Positions 7,199 through 17,195 of a stretch of DNA of 64,000 nt are shown piece after piece. The position numbers and the translations under genes are program-made. The first letter of the stretch is position 1. Every line of letters begins with the position of its first letter. The stretch comes from Alphaproteobacteria bacterium. Lineage in GTDB: Bacteria; Pseudomonadota; Alphaproteobacteria; UBA828. The notes below the pieces were generated by a model. The model saw nothing but the letters and a program-made list of their open reading frames with translations, ran no database searches and was not told the origin of the DNA. The stretch is from contig CBDCQT010000010.1 of the NCBI GenBank assembly GCA_965220745.1, forward strand, positions 96,001-160,000, read 5' to 3'.

Positions 7199-8791
7199 AT
7201 GAGAACACTACTGAAGTTGCTGTCGGCAGCCTCGCTGGTGGCGGCCCTGGGGGCAATTCCCCAGATCGTCCAGGCCGGCGGTGTGTTGCGTCTGGACGAG
7301 GTCGCGGTCGGCGAGCTCGACCCGGCCAAGGCGACCGACTACGCCGACTCCATCCTGATGTTCAACGTCTACGACACCCTCGTCATCCCGCAGCAGGGCG
7401 CGCCCGGCCACGATCCGCATCTGGCCGCGAGCTGGTCCGGCGAGGGGACGAGCTTCACCTTCACGCTGCGCGATGACGTGACGTTCCAGAGCGGCAATCC
7501 ACTCACCGCCGAGGACGTGGTCTTCTCGCTCGACCGCATGAAGACCATCGGCCAGGGACTTTCCTACCTGTTCGTGAGCGTGGAAGGCGCCGAGGCGGTG
7601 GACTCGCACACCGTGCGCTTCACGCTCTCCGAGCCCTACGCGCCCTTCGTCTCGTCGCTGGTGCGCCTCCCCATCGTCGACAAGCAGCTCGTCATGGCCA
7701 ATCTCGGCGAGGGCGAGGGCGAGATGGGCGACTGGGGCCAGGCCTTCCTTTCCCAGAACGGGGGCGGGACGGGTGCCTATCGGGTGGTCTCGCACAACCC
7801 GCAGGAAGAGACGGTGATGGAGAAGAACGCCGGCTACTTCCTGCCCATCGCCGAGGCGGCGCCGGATACGGCGCGCCTTCGCTACGGGCTCGAGGCGGCG
7901 ACGGTGCGCACGCTCATCGCCCAGGGCGAGCACGACATCTCCTCGCAGTGGGTGCCGCCGGAGGTTCTGGGGGCGCTTGCCGGGGAGGGTGCGCAGCTCC
8001 TCACCGAGGGCGGCGTGACCGGCTTTTACATGAAGCTGAACACGACCAAGCCGCCGCTCGACGACGTGAACTGCCGTCTCGCGCTGGCCAAGGCCTTCGA
8101 CTACGAAGGCGGGGTCAAGATCATCGCGGTCACCGACGAGGTCTCGCAGGGGACGCTCTCCACGGGCGCGATCCCGGCCGCGATGCTGGGCGCCAACCCG
8201 CGCGAGAAGGCGCAGACGCGCGATCTCGATGCGGCGCGGCAGCATCTGGCTGACTGCAAGTACTCGCCGGACGAGTTCACCCTGGAGCTCACCTGGATCG
8301 GCGAGGTGCCGCTGGAAGAGCGCTTCGCGCTGCTCATGCAGGCGAACTTCGCGGAGATCGGCATCAACTCCGAAATCCGCAGGATCCCGTGGGCGCTGTT
8401 CGCCGAGCAGGTGTCGAACTCGGAGACCACGCCGAACGTGTCGCAGGTCTACGTCACCGCGGTGACCGGCGATACCGATACGCTGCTCTACGGCATGTAC
8501 CACTCCAGCGCAGCCGGGACGTGGCAGTCGCCCGAACACCTCAATGACCCCGAGGTGGACCGCCTGCTGGATGCCGGGCGCACAGGAGCGACGCCGGAGG
8601 CGCGGCAGGAGGCCTACTCCGCACTCAACGACAGGCTGATCGCGATCTCGCCCACCATCTACGCGCACGATTCGCAGTCGGTCTTCGCGGCGTCCAACCG
8701 GGTCAAGGTGCCGGCGCTGAGCGATCCGGCGATGGCCTTCGGCCTCGACGGATTCGGCTTCAGCTTCCGCCTCATGGAAATGACCGAGTAA
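7199..8791 (+). CDS. ABC transporter substrate-binding protein (peptide/nickel, family 5)
   Basis: Signal peptide, 'LDPA...YDTLV...FTFTLRDDVTFQSGNPLTAEDVVFSLDR', 'GTGAYR'. Confidence 0.95.
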   Translation: MRTLLKLLSAASLVAALGAIPQIVQAGGVLRLDEVAVGELDPAKATDYADSILMFNVYDTLVIPQQGAPGHDPHLAASWSGEGTSFTFTLRDDVTFQSGNPLTAEDVVFSLDRMKTIGQGLSYLFVSVEGAEAVDSHTVRFTLSEPYAPFVSSLVRLPIVDKQLVMANLGEGEGEMGDWGQAFLSQNGGGTGAYRVVSHNPQEETVMEKNAGYFLPIAEAAPDTARLRYGLEAATVRTLIAQGEHDISSQWVPPEVLGALAGEGAQLLTEGGVTGFYMKLNTTKPPLDDVNCRLALAKAFDYEGGVKIIAVTDEVSQGTLSTGAIPAAMLGANPREKAQTRDLDAARQHLADCKYSPDEFTLELTWIGEVPLEERFALLMQANFAEIGINSEIRRIPWALFAEQVSNSETTPNVSQVYVTAVTGDTDTLLYGMYHSSAAGTWQSPEHLNDPEVDRLLDAGRTGATPEARQEAYSALNDRLIAISPTIYAHDSQSVFAASNRVKVPALSDPAMAFGLDGFGFSFRLMEMTE

Positions 8792-8796
8792 CGGTC

Positions 8797-8839
8797 AACG
8801 ACGGGGCGGGCATGCTGTCGACCTGCCCGCCCCGTCGTT
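8797..8839 (+). terminator. Intercistronic stem-loop after the binding-protein gene
   Basis: Perfect 16-bp stem AACGACGGGGCGGGCA / TGCCCGCCCCGTCGTT. Confidence 0.65.
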
Positions 8840-8851
8840 TAGAGTGGGGGC

Positions 8852-9877
8852 GTGACGCCGACGATCCTCATTTTTGTACGACGCGTCGGGATCTCCTGCA
8901 TCGTCCTGCTGGGGGTCTCGATGCTGATCTTCGCGATCGCCCGGGTCATCCCGGGCGATCCCGCGCGCATTGCGCTCGGGCCGAGCGCCACCGCAGAGCA
9001 GGTCGCCAAGCTGCGCGCGGAGCTCCGCCTCGACGAGCCGATCACGACCCAGTACGGGCACTTCCTGAGCGAGCTCGCGCAGGGCGACCTCGGCATCTCG
9101 CTCTACACCAACCGGCCCGTGGTGGTGGACATCGCGCAGTTTCTGCCGGCCACGCTGGAGCTGATCTTCGTTGCCGGCGCGATGATGATCGTGATCGGGC
9201 TTCCGCTCGGCATCGCGTCCGCCCGCTGGCGAGGCACCTGGATCGACAACGCCATCCGAATGATCGCCCTGCTCGGGGTCTCGGCGCCGAGCTTCGTCTG
9301 GGCCGTGATTCTGATGCTGCTGTTCGCGTACTTCCTGCCGCTCTTCCCCATCGCCGGCCGCATCTCCGACACCTTTGCCATCGAGCAGGTCACCGGCTTC
9401 CTGTTCCTCGACACGCTGATCGCCGGCAACCTCGCGGCCTTCGGCAACGCCGCCTGGCACGTCATCCTGCCTGCCTTCGCGCTCGCGCTCTCGGGCATCG
9501 GGCAGACCGCGCGGCTCACGCGCGCCAACATGGTGGAGACCTACGACAAGCCCTACGTCGAGATGGCGCGCTCCTACGGCGTGCCGGACCGCCGCATCGC
9601 CAACCGATACGCCTTCAAGCCCTCGCTGATTCCGTCGCTCACGATCATCGGGCTCGACTTCGCGGCCATGCTCGGCAACGCATTTCTGGTGGAGGCGGTG
9701 TTCGCCTGGCCCGGCCTCTCGCGCTACGGCGTCTCGGTGATCCTGCGCAAGGACCTGGATGCCATCGTCGGCACGGTGCTCATCATCTCGGCGACCTTCC
9801 TGATCATGAACCTGATCGTCGATGTGCTGGTCACCATCATCAACCCGCGCATCCGCTATTCGAGGACCGCGTCGTGA
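8852..9877 (+). CDS. ABC transporter permease (DppB/OppB-like)
   Basis: 'IPGDPARIALG', 'GDLGISL', 'PATLEL', EAA-like 'YVEMARSYG'. Confidence 0.93.
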   Translation: MTPTILIFVRRVGISCIVLLGVSMLIFAIARVIPGDPARIALGPSATAEQVAKLRAELRLDEPITTQYGHFLSELAQGDLGISLYTNRPVVVDIAQFLPATLELIFVAGAMMIVIGLPLGIASARWRGTWIDNAIRMIALLGVSAPSFVWAVILMLLFAYFLPLFPIAGRISDTFAIEQVTGFLFLDTLIAGNLAAFGNAAWHVILPAFALALSGIGQTARLTRANMVETYDKPYVEMARSYGVPDRRIANRYAFKPSLIPSLTIIGLDFAAMLGNAFLVEAVFAWPGLSRYGVSVILRKDLDAIVGTVLIISATFLIMNLIVDVLVTIINPRIRYSRTAS

Positions 9878-10707
9878 GGCGAGCGTTCGCGATACTGGCC
9901 TCGAATCCGCTCTCGCTGCTCGGGCTGATCCTGATCGGCATCATCCTGATCTGCGCCATCTTCGCGGACTTCATTGCGCCCTTCCCGGAGCATCGCGGCG
10001 CGGTGGTCGACTTCGCGAACTTCAATCAGGCGCCGCGTTGGCCGCACCTGATGGGGACCGACCTGGTCGGCCGCGATCTTTTCAGCCGTGTCATCTACGC
10101 CTACCGGATCTCGCTGATCCTGGGCGTGGTGGTGCTCGGCATCGCCGTTCCCGTGGGCGTCACGGTCGGGCTGATCGCCGGCTACTTCGGACGCTACACC
10201 GAGTTCGCGCTGATGCGCGTGACCGATGTCTTCCTCTCGATCCCGCCGCTGGTCCTCGCCATGTCGATCATGGGCGTGCTGGAGCCGACGCTAATCAACG
10301 GAATGCTGGCGGTCACCGCGATGTGGTGGCCGTGGTACGCCAGGCTCGTCTACAACATGACGCGAGGGGAGAAGGAGGAGGGCTACGTGCTCGCGGCCGA
10401 GCTGATCGGCGCCTCGCGCCTGCACGTGATGTTCCGCGAGGTTCTGCCCAACTGCTTCCCCTCCATCGTCACCAAGATGACGCTCGATCTCGGCTTTATC
10501 ATCCTGATCGCGTCGTCGCTCTCCTTCCTCGGCCTCGGCGTGCAGCCGCCGACACCGGACCTCGGCTCGATGGTGGCCGACGGCGCGAAGTACCTGCCCG
10601 ATTCCTGGTGGCTCACCATCTTTCCGAGCCTTGCGATCCTGATTGCGGTGTTCGGCTTCAACCTCATCGGCGACGCCTTGCGCGAGCTCTTTGGGGCCGA
10701 TCAATGA
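9874..10707 (+). CDS. ABC transporter permease (DppC/OppC-like)
   Basis: 'HLMGTDLVGRDLFSRVIY', 'SLSFLGLGVQPPTPDLG'; GTGA overlap start. Confidence 0.93.
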   Translation: MRRAFAILASNPLSLLGLILIGIILICAIFADFIAPFPEHRGAVVDFANFNQAPRWPHLMGTDLVGRDLFSRVIYAYRISLILGVVVLGIAVPVGVTVGLIAGYFGRYTEFALMRVTDVFLSIPPLVLAMSIMGVLEPTLINGMLAVTAMWWPWYARLVYNMTRGEKEEGYVLAAELIGASRLHVMFREVLPNCFPSIVTKMTLDLGFIILIASSLSFLGLGVQPPTPDLGSMVADGAKYLPDSWWLTIFPSLAILIAVFGFNLIGDALRELFGADQ

Positions 10708-11582
10708 CCGTGCCGACGCTGGACATCCGCGACCTCTGGCTGGGCTTCAGAACCTACGAGGCCTATGTCGAGGTGCTGCACGGGATCTCGCTCACCATCC
10801 AGCCGGGCGAGCGGGTGGCGCTGGTGGGCGAATCCGGCTCGGGCAAGTCGGTCACCGCGCGCATCGTCCTCGGCCTGCTGCAACTGCTGCGCTCGGCGCG
10901 GATTTCCGGGAACGTCGTCTTCGAGGGGCGCGATCTCGACCGGCTGTCGGCGCGAGAGCGCCAGCGGCTGCGCGGCACCCGCATGACCATGGTGTTCCAG
11001 GACCCGACCTCGTCGCTCAACCCGGTCTATCGGATCGGCACCCAGTTCCACGAAGTGCTGAGACGGGCAGAGCCCAAAATCAACGAGCACGCGGCCAGGG
11101 AGCGCGCGGCGCAGATGCTGCTGGAGGTCTCCATCGACGACCCGGACCGGGTGTTCGAGTCCTATCCCTTCCAGCTTTCGGGCGGCATGAACCAGCGGGT
11201 GATGATCGCGATGGCGCTCGCCAACGAGCCTGCGCTGCTCATCGCCGACGAGCCCGGCACCGCGCTCGACGTGACCGTGCAGGCCCAGACGCTCAAGCTG
11301 ATGCGCGAACTGGTTGAGCATCACCACACGTCGGTGCTGTTCATCTCCCACAACCTCGGTGTGGTGCGTGAATTCGCGGACCGGGTCTACGTGATCTACA
11401 AGGGCCGGATCGTCGAGCAAGGGCCCTGCGCTTCAGTTTTCGAGCGCCCCGGCCACGCCTACACGCGTGCGCTCATGGCGGCGGTGCCGCGTATCACCGG
11501 CGGCGGGCTGCCGGACATCGGCGACGAGCCGCGCGACTTCTCGCAGCCCCTGGTCGTCCACGAGAGCGGAGGCTACGCATGA
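10704..11582 (+). CDS. ABC transporter ATP-binding protein (DppD-like)
   Basis: Walker A GESGSGKS, 'LSGGMNQR', 'LLIADEP'. Confidence 0.95.
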   Translation: MTVPTLDIRDLWLGFRTYEAYVEVLHGISLTIQPGERVALVGESGSGKSVTARIVLGLLQLLRSARISGNVVFEGRDLDRLSARERQRLRGTRMTMVFQDPTSSLNPVYRIGTQFHEVLRRAEPKINEHAARERAAQMLLEVSIDDPDRVFESYPFQLSGGMNQRVMIAMALANEPALLIADEPGTALDVTVQAQTLKLMRELVEHHHTSVLFISHNLGVVREFADRVYVIYKGRIVEQGPCASVFERPGHAYTRALMAAVPRITGGGLPDIGDEPRDFSQPLVVHESGGYA

Positions 11583-12391
11583 GCCCGCCGCTGCTCGAAG
11601 TGCACGGCGCGAGCAAGGTGTTCCGGCTGGAGGATCGCGAGGTCCCTGCCCTGCTCGATGTCTCGTTCGATGTCCGGGAGGGCGAGTGTCTCGCCATCGT
11701 GGGCGAATCCGGTGCCGGCAAGACCACGGTCGCCAACCTGATCCTCGGTGTCTATCCGCCGACCGCCGGCGCCATCCTGATGCACGGCGAGCCTTTGCCC
11801 GCCCGCCGGCGCCGCGAGCACCGGCGCGCCATCCAGCTGGTGCAGCAGAACCCGCTTTCCACGCTCAACCCGAAACGCACCGTCGGCGCCTCGCTCCGCC
11901 TTGCGCTGGATGTGCACCGCATCGGCGAGCGGCGCGAGCGGCCTGAGATCGTGGCGACGCTGCTGGAAGAGGTGGGCCTACCCGGCGACTTCGCGCGGCG
12001 CTATCCCGCAGCGCTCTCCGGCGGGCAGCGGCAGCGGGTCGCGGTCGCCCGCGCGCTGGCCTGCCGCTCGGAGCTGGTGGTGCTGGACGAGCCCACCTCC
12101 TCGCTAGACGTGCTGGTGCAGGCGCGCGTGCTGCGGCTGCTGGAGGAGCTGAAGCCGCGGCGCGGGCTCACCTATCTCTTCATCACCCACGATCTCTCAG
12201 TGGTGCGCAACTTCGCCGATCGTGTCGCGGTGTTCGAGAAGGGCCGCCTGCTGGAAATCGGCGTGACTGAGGCGCTGTTCGCAGAACCCGAGCACCCCTA
12301 CACGCGGCGCCTCATCAGCGCCGTGCCGGTGATCTCCCGCGAGGAGGAGATGGTCCGCGACCGGCTCGCAGAAGGAAGGCTCGACGCATGA
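11579..12391 (+). CDS. ABC transporter ATP-binding protein (DppF-like)
   Basis: GESGAGKT, LSGGQRQR, VLDEPTS, HPYT. Confidence 0.95.
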   Translation: MSPPLLEVHGASKVFRLEDREVPALLDVSFDVREGECLAIVGESGAGKTTVANLILGVYPPTAGAILMHGEPLPARRRREHRRAIQLVQQNPLSTLNPKRTVGASLRLALDVHRIGERRERPEIVATLLEEVGLPGDFARRYPAALSGGQRQRVAVARALACRSELVVLDEPTSSLDVLVQARVLRLLEELKPRRGLTYLFITHDLSVVRNFADRVAVFEKGRLLEIGVTEALFAEPEHPYTRRLISAVPVISREEEMVRDRLAEGRLDA

Positions 12392-12470
12392 ACCCGTCGA
12401 TGACTGTCGCCCCCTCCTCACCCCGGCCCTCTCCTCCCCTCGATTTCCCTTGCCCCGAGGAAGTCCGCTG

Positions 12471-14543
12471 ATGACCAAGACCATCCGCGTCGCCACCGAT
12501 GTCGGCGGCACGTTCACCGATCTTCTGGTTCTCGAATCCGACGACGCCAATGGCACGTCGACCGTCCGCAGCGCCAAGGCCGACACCACCCCCGGCGGCT
12601 ACGAGGAGGGCGTGTTCGACGTGATGGCCAAGGGTGGCGTCGCTGCGGACGCGATCGACTTCCTCGCCCACGGCACCACGGTGGTCATCAACGCGCTGAC
12701 CGAGCGCACCGGCGTCAAGGTCGGGCTGGTTACCACGCAGGGCTTTCGCGACACGCTGGAGATCGCGCGCGGCAACCGACCCGACTTCTTCAACCTGCAT
12801 TATCAGAAGCCCGCGCCCTTCGTGCCGCGCAGCCTGCGCCGCGAGCTGCCGGGCCGTATGGACTACCACGGGCAGGAAATGCAGCCTCTTGACCTCCGCC
12901 CCTTGCCGGAGATCGTCGCCGACTTCCAGGCGGAAGGCGTGGAGGCGGTCGCGGTCTGCTTCATCCACGCCTACGCCAATCCGGCGCACGAGCAGGCGGC
13001 GCTCGCGGAACTCGAGCGGCTCTGGCCGGAGGTCTCCGCCATCTCCTCCCACCAGATCACGCGCGAATGGCGGGAATATGAGCGCACCAGCACCGCCGTG
13101 CTCTCGGCCTACGTGCAGCCGGTAGCGGAGCGCTACCTGCAGCGCCTCGATGCCGGCCTCGCGGAGCGCGATTTCGGCGGCGGGCTCTACATCATGCAGT
13201 CCAACTGCGGCGTCGATTCGGTGGACACGGTCTCGCGCATCCCGATCACGATGGTGGAATCGGGGCCGGCCTCGGGCGTCTGGGGCGCGGCCGAGCTTGG
13301 CCGCCTGATCGGCGAGCCCAACGTGCTCGCGCTCGACATCGGCGGCACCACCGCCAAGTGCTCGCTGATCGAGGACGCGCGCGTGCGCATCAAGACCGAC
13401 TACTGGATCGGGCGGAGCCGCGCCACGGCCGGCTATCCGATCATGGTGCCGGTGGTCGATCTGGTGGAGATCGGCAACGGCGGCGGCTCCATCGCCTGGG
13501 TCGACGACTTCGGCAAGCTGCGGGTGGGGCCGCGCTCCGCAGGCGCCATGCCGGGCCCGGCGGCCTACGGGCGCGGCGGGATGGAAGCGACCACGACCGA
13601 CGCCAACCTCTGGCTCGGCCGCATCAACCGCGACTACTTCTGCGGCGGGGCGGTGGAGGCCGACATGGACGCGGTGCAGAAGGCCATCGAGGCGGTGGGC
13701 GCCCGGCTCGGCGTGGACGCCGACGAGGCCGCCCGCGGCATCGTGCGCATCGCCAACAACAACATGGTCAACGCGCTCAAGCTGGTCTCGGTCAACCGGG
13801 GCTTCGATCCGCGCGACTTCACCCTGATCGCCTTCGGCGGCGGCGGCGCGATGCACGCGGTGGCGCTGGCGCAGGAGCTGGGCGTGACCAAGGTGGTGGT
13901 GCCGGCCGATGCCTCGGTGTTCTCCGCCTGGGGCATGATGATGTCCGACCTGCGCCGCGACGACGTGGTGACGCTGCTCGTGGATCTCGACGCCGAACAC
14001 GCGGACGCCATCGAGGCTGCGTTCGCCGAGACCGAGGAGCGCGCCCGCGACCGCTTCGCCTCGGAAGGCGTCGATGCCGGCGCGGTCCGGCTCTCGCGCT
14101 TCGGCCGCTTCCGCTACCAGAACCAGGAGCACACCACCGAGGTGCCCCTGGGCGCGGACCCGGTGACGGCGGAGCGCGTCGCCGCCATCGAGGCCGACTT
14201 CCACGAGACCTACGAGCGCGAATACACTTACAGGCTGGATGCGCCGGTGGAGATGGTGGGCTTCCACGTCGTTGCCAGGGTCGAGATCGGCAAGCTCACC
14301 ATGACGCGGCGCGAGGTCACGGGACGGGCGCTCGACGAGGCACGGAAGGGGAACCGCCCCGTCGATTACGCGCTCGAAGGCGTGCGCGAGGCGGCCATCT
14401 ACGACGGCGAGAGGCTGGAGCCTGGCATGGCCTTCGACGGGCCGGCCATCGTCGAGGATCCGGGGACGACCGTGGTGGTGCATCCGGGCAACCACGCCGA
14501 GGTCGACGACTTCGGTAACATTCGCATTCACATCCGCAACTGA
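12471..14543 (+). CDS. Hydantoinase/5-oxoprolinase family, A subunit
   Basis: 'DVGGTFTD', 'HGTTVVINAL', 'ESGPASG', 'DIGGTT', 'GPRSAGAMPGPAAYGRGG'. Confidence 0.93.
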   Translation: MTKTIRVATDVGGTFTDLLVLESDDANGTSTVRSAKADTTPGGYEEGVFDVMAKGGVAADAIDFLAHGTTVVINALTERTGVKVGLVTTQGFRDTLEIARGNRPDFFNLHYQKPAPFVPRSLRRELPGRMDYHGQEMQPLDLRPLPEIVADFQAEGVEAVAVCFIHAYANPAHEQAALAELERLWPEVSAISSHQITREWREYERTSTAVLSAYVQPVAERYLQRLDAGLAERDFGGGLYIMQSNCGVDSVDTVSRIPITMVESGPASGVWGAAELGRLIGEPNVLALDIGGTTAKCSLIEDARVRIKTDYWIGRSRATAGYPIMVPVVDLVEIGNGGGSIAWVDDFGKLRVGPRSAGAMPGPAAYGRGGMEATTTDANLWLGRINRDYFCGGAVEADMDAVQKAIEAVGARLGVDADEAARGIVRIANNNMVNALKLVSVNRGFDPRDFTLIAFGGGGAMHAVALAQELGVTKVVVPADASVFSAWGMMMSDLRRDDVVTLLVDLDAEHADAIEAAFAETEERARDRFASEGVDAGAVRLSRFGRFRYQNQEHTTEVPLGADPVTAERVAAIEADFHETYEREYTYRLDAPVEMVGFHVVARVEIGKLTMTRREVTGRALDEARKGNRPVDYALEGVREAAIYDGERLEPGMAFDGPAIVEDPGTTVVVHPGNHAEVDDFGNIRIHIRN

Positions 14544-14562
14544 GCGAGACGGCGGCAGCACG

Positions 14563-16230
14563 ATGAACGCGATGACCAACGATCCGATCACCCTCGAGAT
14601 CATCCAGAACTCGCTGCAGAGCGCAGCCGACGAGATGTTCGCCGCCATGAGGAAGACGGCGATGAGTTCGATCATCTACGAGGTGCTCGACATGGGCACC
14701 GGAATTACCGACGCCAGGGGCGAGATCGCCTGCTCCGGCGCCGGCATCCCGGCCTTCGTCGGCGTGCTCGACAAGGCGGTGGCGGTGATCGTGGAGAAGT
14801 TCGACGAGCCCGGCGCCATCGAGCCCGGCGACGTCTTCGTCACCAACGACCCCTACTACGGCGGGGTGACGCACCTGAACGACATCGTGGTCGCGATGCC
14901 GGTCTTCGCCGACGGCCGGATCATCGCCTGGACCTCGAACATCGCGCACAACTCCGACGTGGGCGGCATGGCGCCGGGCTCGCTCACAGGCGAGGCGACG
15001 GAGATCTTCCAGGAAGGACTCAGGCTGCCGGCCATCAAGATGATCTCCAGGGGCGAGCCGATCCGGCCGGTGTTCGAGATCATCAAGGTCAACTCGCGCA
15101 TGCCCGACGTGCTCGAAGGCGACGTCTGGGCGGCGATCGCGTCCGTCCGTATCGGCACCGCGCGGCTCACGGAGATCGCCGAAAAATATGGCGCCGCCAC
15201 CTTCGAGCAGGCGATGACGGCCTTCATGGAATACGGCGAGTGGGTCTCCCGCGCGGCGCTCACGACGCTGCCCAAGGGCACCTTCTCGCTCGCGGAAGAG
15301 CAGGACGACGGCCAGGTGTACAACGTCGAGATCGCCATCCGGGACGAGGAGTTCGTGGTCGATCTCAGGAACAACCCCGACCAGGCAACCAACCCGGTCA
15401 ACACCAGCCGGGACGGGGTGATGGTGGCGGCGCAGATGATCTTCAAGTCGCTGACCGACCCCTATTCGCCGTGCAACGCGGGCTCCTTCCGCCCGATCCG
15501 CCTGCTGACGCGCGAGGGCTCGGTGTTCCACGCCGAGGAGCCGGCGCCCATCGGCTTCTATTACGAGATCGACCTGCGCGCCTACGATCTGATGTGGCGC
15601 TGCCTCGCCCAGCACATGCCGGAGCGCCTGGCGGCGGGGCATTTCGCCTCGGTGTGCGGCACCTTCATCGGCGGCATCCACCCGGATACCGGCCGCCAGT
15701 ACACGATCATCGAGCCGCAGCTCGGCGGCTGGGGCGGCCGCGAGGGCCGCGACGGCAACAATGCGATGTTCTGCGGCTTCCACGGCGAGACCTTCAACTG
15801 CCCGGCTGAGGTCAACGAAGCCCGCAACGGCCTCTACGTCGACCAGATGGCGCTCAACCTGGAGCCCGGCGGCGAGGGCCAGTACACCGGCGGGCGCGGC
15901 ATCGTCATGGACTATCGCGTGCGCGCCAACGACGGATTCCTGACAGTCGGCTACACGCGCTCCAAGTTCCCCGCCTGGGCGCTCGACGGCGGCAACGAGG
16001 GCTCGCCCAACTACGTCGAGTTCATTCCGAACGAGGGCGAGCGCCAGCGCTTCGCCTTCGTCTCCGGCCTCAAGACGCAGCGGGACGACGTGATCCGCGT
16101 GGTGACCGGCAACGGCGGCGGATTCGGCGACCCGAAGAAGCGCGATCCTGCGCGCGTGCGCCGGGACGTGCGGAACGGCCTGATCAGCGCCGAGCGCGCG
16201 CGGGAGGTCTACGGCGTGACGATTGAGTAA
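14563..16230 (+). CDS. Hydantoinase B/oxoprolinase family subunit
   Basis: 'DPITLEII', 'NDPYYGGVTHLND', 'HNSDVGG', 'EIFQEGLRLP', 'GGGFGDP'. Confidence 0.93.
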   Translation: MNAMTNDPITLEIIQNSLQSAADEMFAAMRKTAMSSIIYEVLDMGTGITDARGEIACSGAGIPAFVGVLDKAVAVIVEKFDEPGAIEPGDVFVTNDPYYGGVTHLNDIVVAMPVFADGRIIAWTSNIAHNSDVGGMAPGSLTGEATEIFQEGLRLPAIKMISRGEPIRPVFEIIKVNSRMPDVLEGDVWAAIASVRIGTARLTEIAEKYGAATFEQAMTAFMEYGEWVSRAALTTLPKGTFSLAEEQDDGQVYNVEIAIRDEEFVVDLRNNPDQATNPVNTSRDGVMVAAQMIFKSLTDPYSPCNAGSFRPIRLLTREGSVFHAEEPAPIGFYYEIDLRAYDLMWRCLAQHMPERLAAGHFASVCGTFIGGIHPDTGRQYTIIEPQLGGWGGREGRDGNNAMFCGFHGETFNCPAEVNEARNGLYVDQMALNLEPGGEGQYTGGRGIVMDYRVRANDGFLTVGYTRSKFPAWALDGGNEGSPNYVEFIPNEGERQRFAFVSGLKTQRDDVIRVVTGNGGGFGDPKKRDPARVRRDVRNGLISAERAREVYGVTIE

Positions 16231-16265
16231 TTCGAGACAGTCGATTCGGACAACGGGAGGACCGC

Positions 16266-17075
16266 ATGAAGGCCAACGCCCCCCTCAAGCTGATGTACCT
16301 CAACCCGGTCGGCACCGATGCCTACGATGCCGTCTTCGCCGACATGGCACGCACCTACAAGCAGCCCGGCACGGAGGTGCACATCACCTGCCTTGCGGAT
16401 CCGGGCGGCAGCTTCACCCACATCGAATACCGCGCCTACGAGACCATCGTCTCGCGCGGGATCATCCGGGCGACGCGGCAGGCGGCGCGCGAGGGCTTCG
16501 ATGCGCTCGCCATCGGCTGCTTCTACGACACCGGGCTGCACGATGCCCGCGAGATTTCGGGCGAGATGATCGTGACCGCGCCCTGCCTCGCCTCCTGCGA
16601 GATCGCGGCGAGCCTCGCCAACCGCTTCGGCATCATCGTCGGCCGGCGCAAGTGGGTGAACCAGATGAACGCGGTTGCGCGCGAACACGGCTACGGCGAG
16701 CGCCTCAGCGGCTTCTACCACGTGGAGCTCGGGGTCAACGACTTCCAGACCGATCACGCGGAGACCGAGCGCCGGCTGGTCGCGGCGGGGCGCAAGGCGG
16801 TGGAAGAGGACTACGCCGAGGCGCTCATCCTCGGCTGCACGCTGGAGATCGGATTCTACCGCGAGGTGGAAAGGGCGGTCGGTGTCCCCGTCATCGACCC
16901 CTCCATCGCGGCTATGAAGCGCGCCGAGTACGCCGCGAACCTCAAGCGCCAGTGCGGCTGGGTGCCGAGCCGCATGTGGTCCTGCGAGGCGCCGCCGGAG
17001 GAGGAGATCGCGCGCTTCGGCGGCTTCGACGATGGCGATGCCTTCGCCCAGCGTCTCGTCGTTGAGGCGGAGTGA
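16266..17075 (+). CDS. Asp/Glu/hydantoin racemase family protein
   Basis: 'LNPVGT', catalytic Cys pair 'IGCFYDTG' and 'LGCT', 'VPVIDP'. Confidence 0.9.
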   Translation: MKANAPLKLMYLNPVGTDAYDAVFADMARTYKQPGTEVHITCLADPGGSFTHIEYRAYETIVSRGIIRATRQAAREGFDALAIGCFYDTGLHDAREISGEMIVTAPCLASCEIAASLANRFGIIVGRRKWVNQMNAVAREHGYGERLSGFYHVELGVNDFQTDHAETERRLVAAGRKAVEEDYAEALILGCTLEIGFYREVERAVGVPVIDPSIAAMKRAEYAANLKRQCGWVPSRMWSCEAPPEEEIARFGGFDDGDAFAQRLVVEAE

Positions 17076-17195
17076 CGGATGGATGGCGTAACAATCGCGT
17101 GTGATACGCCGATAAGACGACCCTTCCCAGGTGCAGGAGGCGTTTGGAGGCGCCATACTTGACCCGCTGAGGCAATCGAGCGGCATGATCCGGTC

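Noticed and set aside
10985-10996. GACCATGGTG core match to the dyad
   Set aside because: Inside the ABC ATPase CDS and lacks the outer CG pairs
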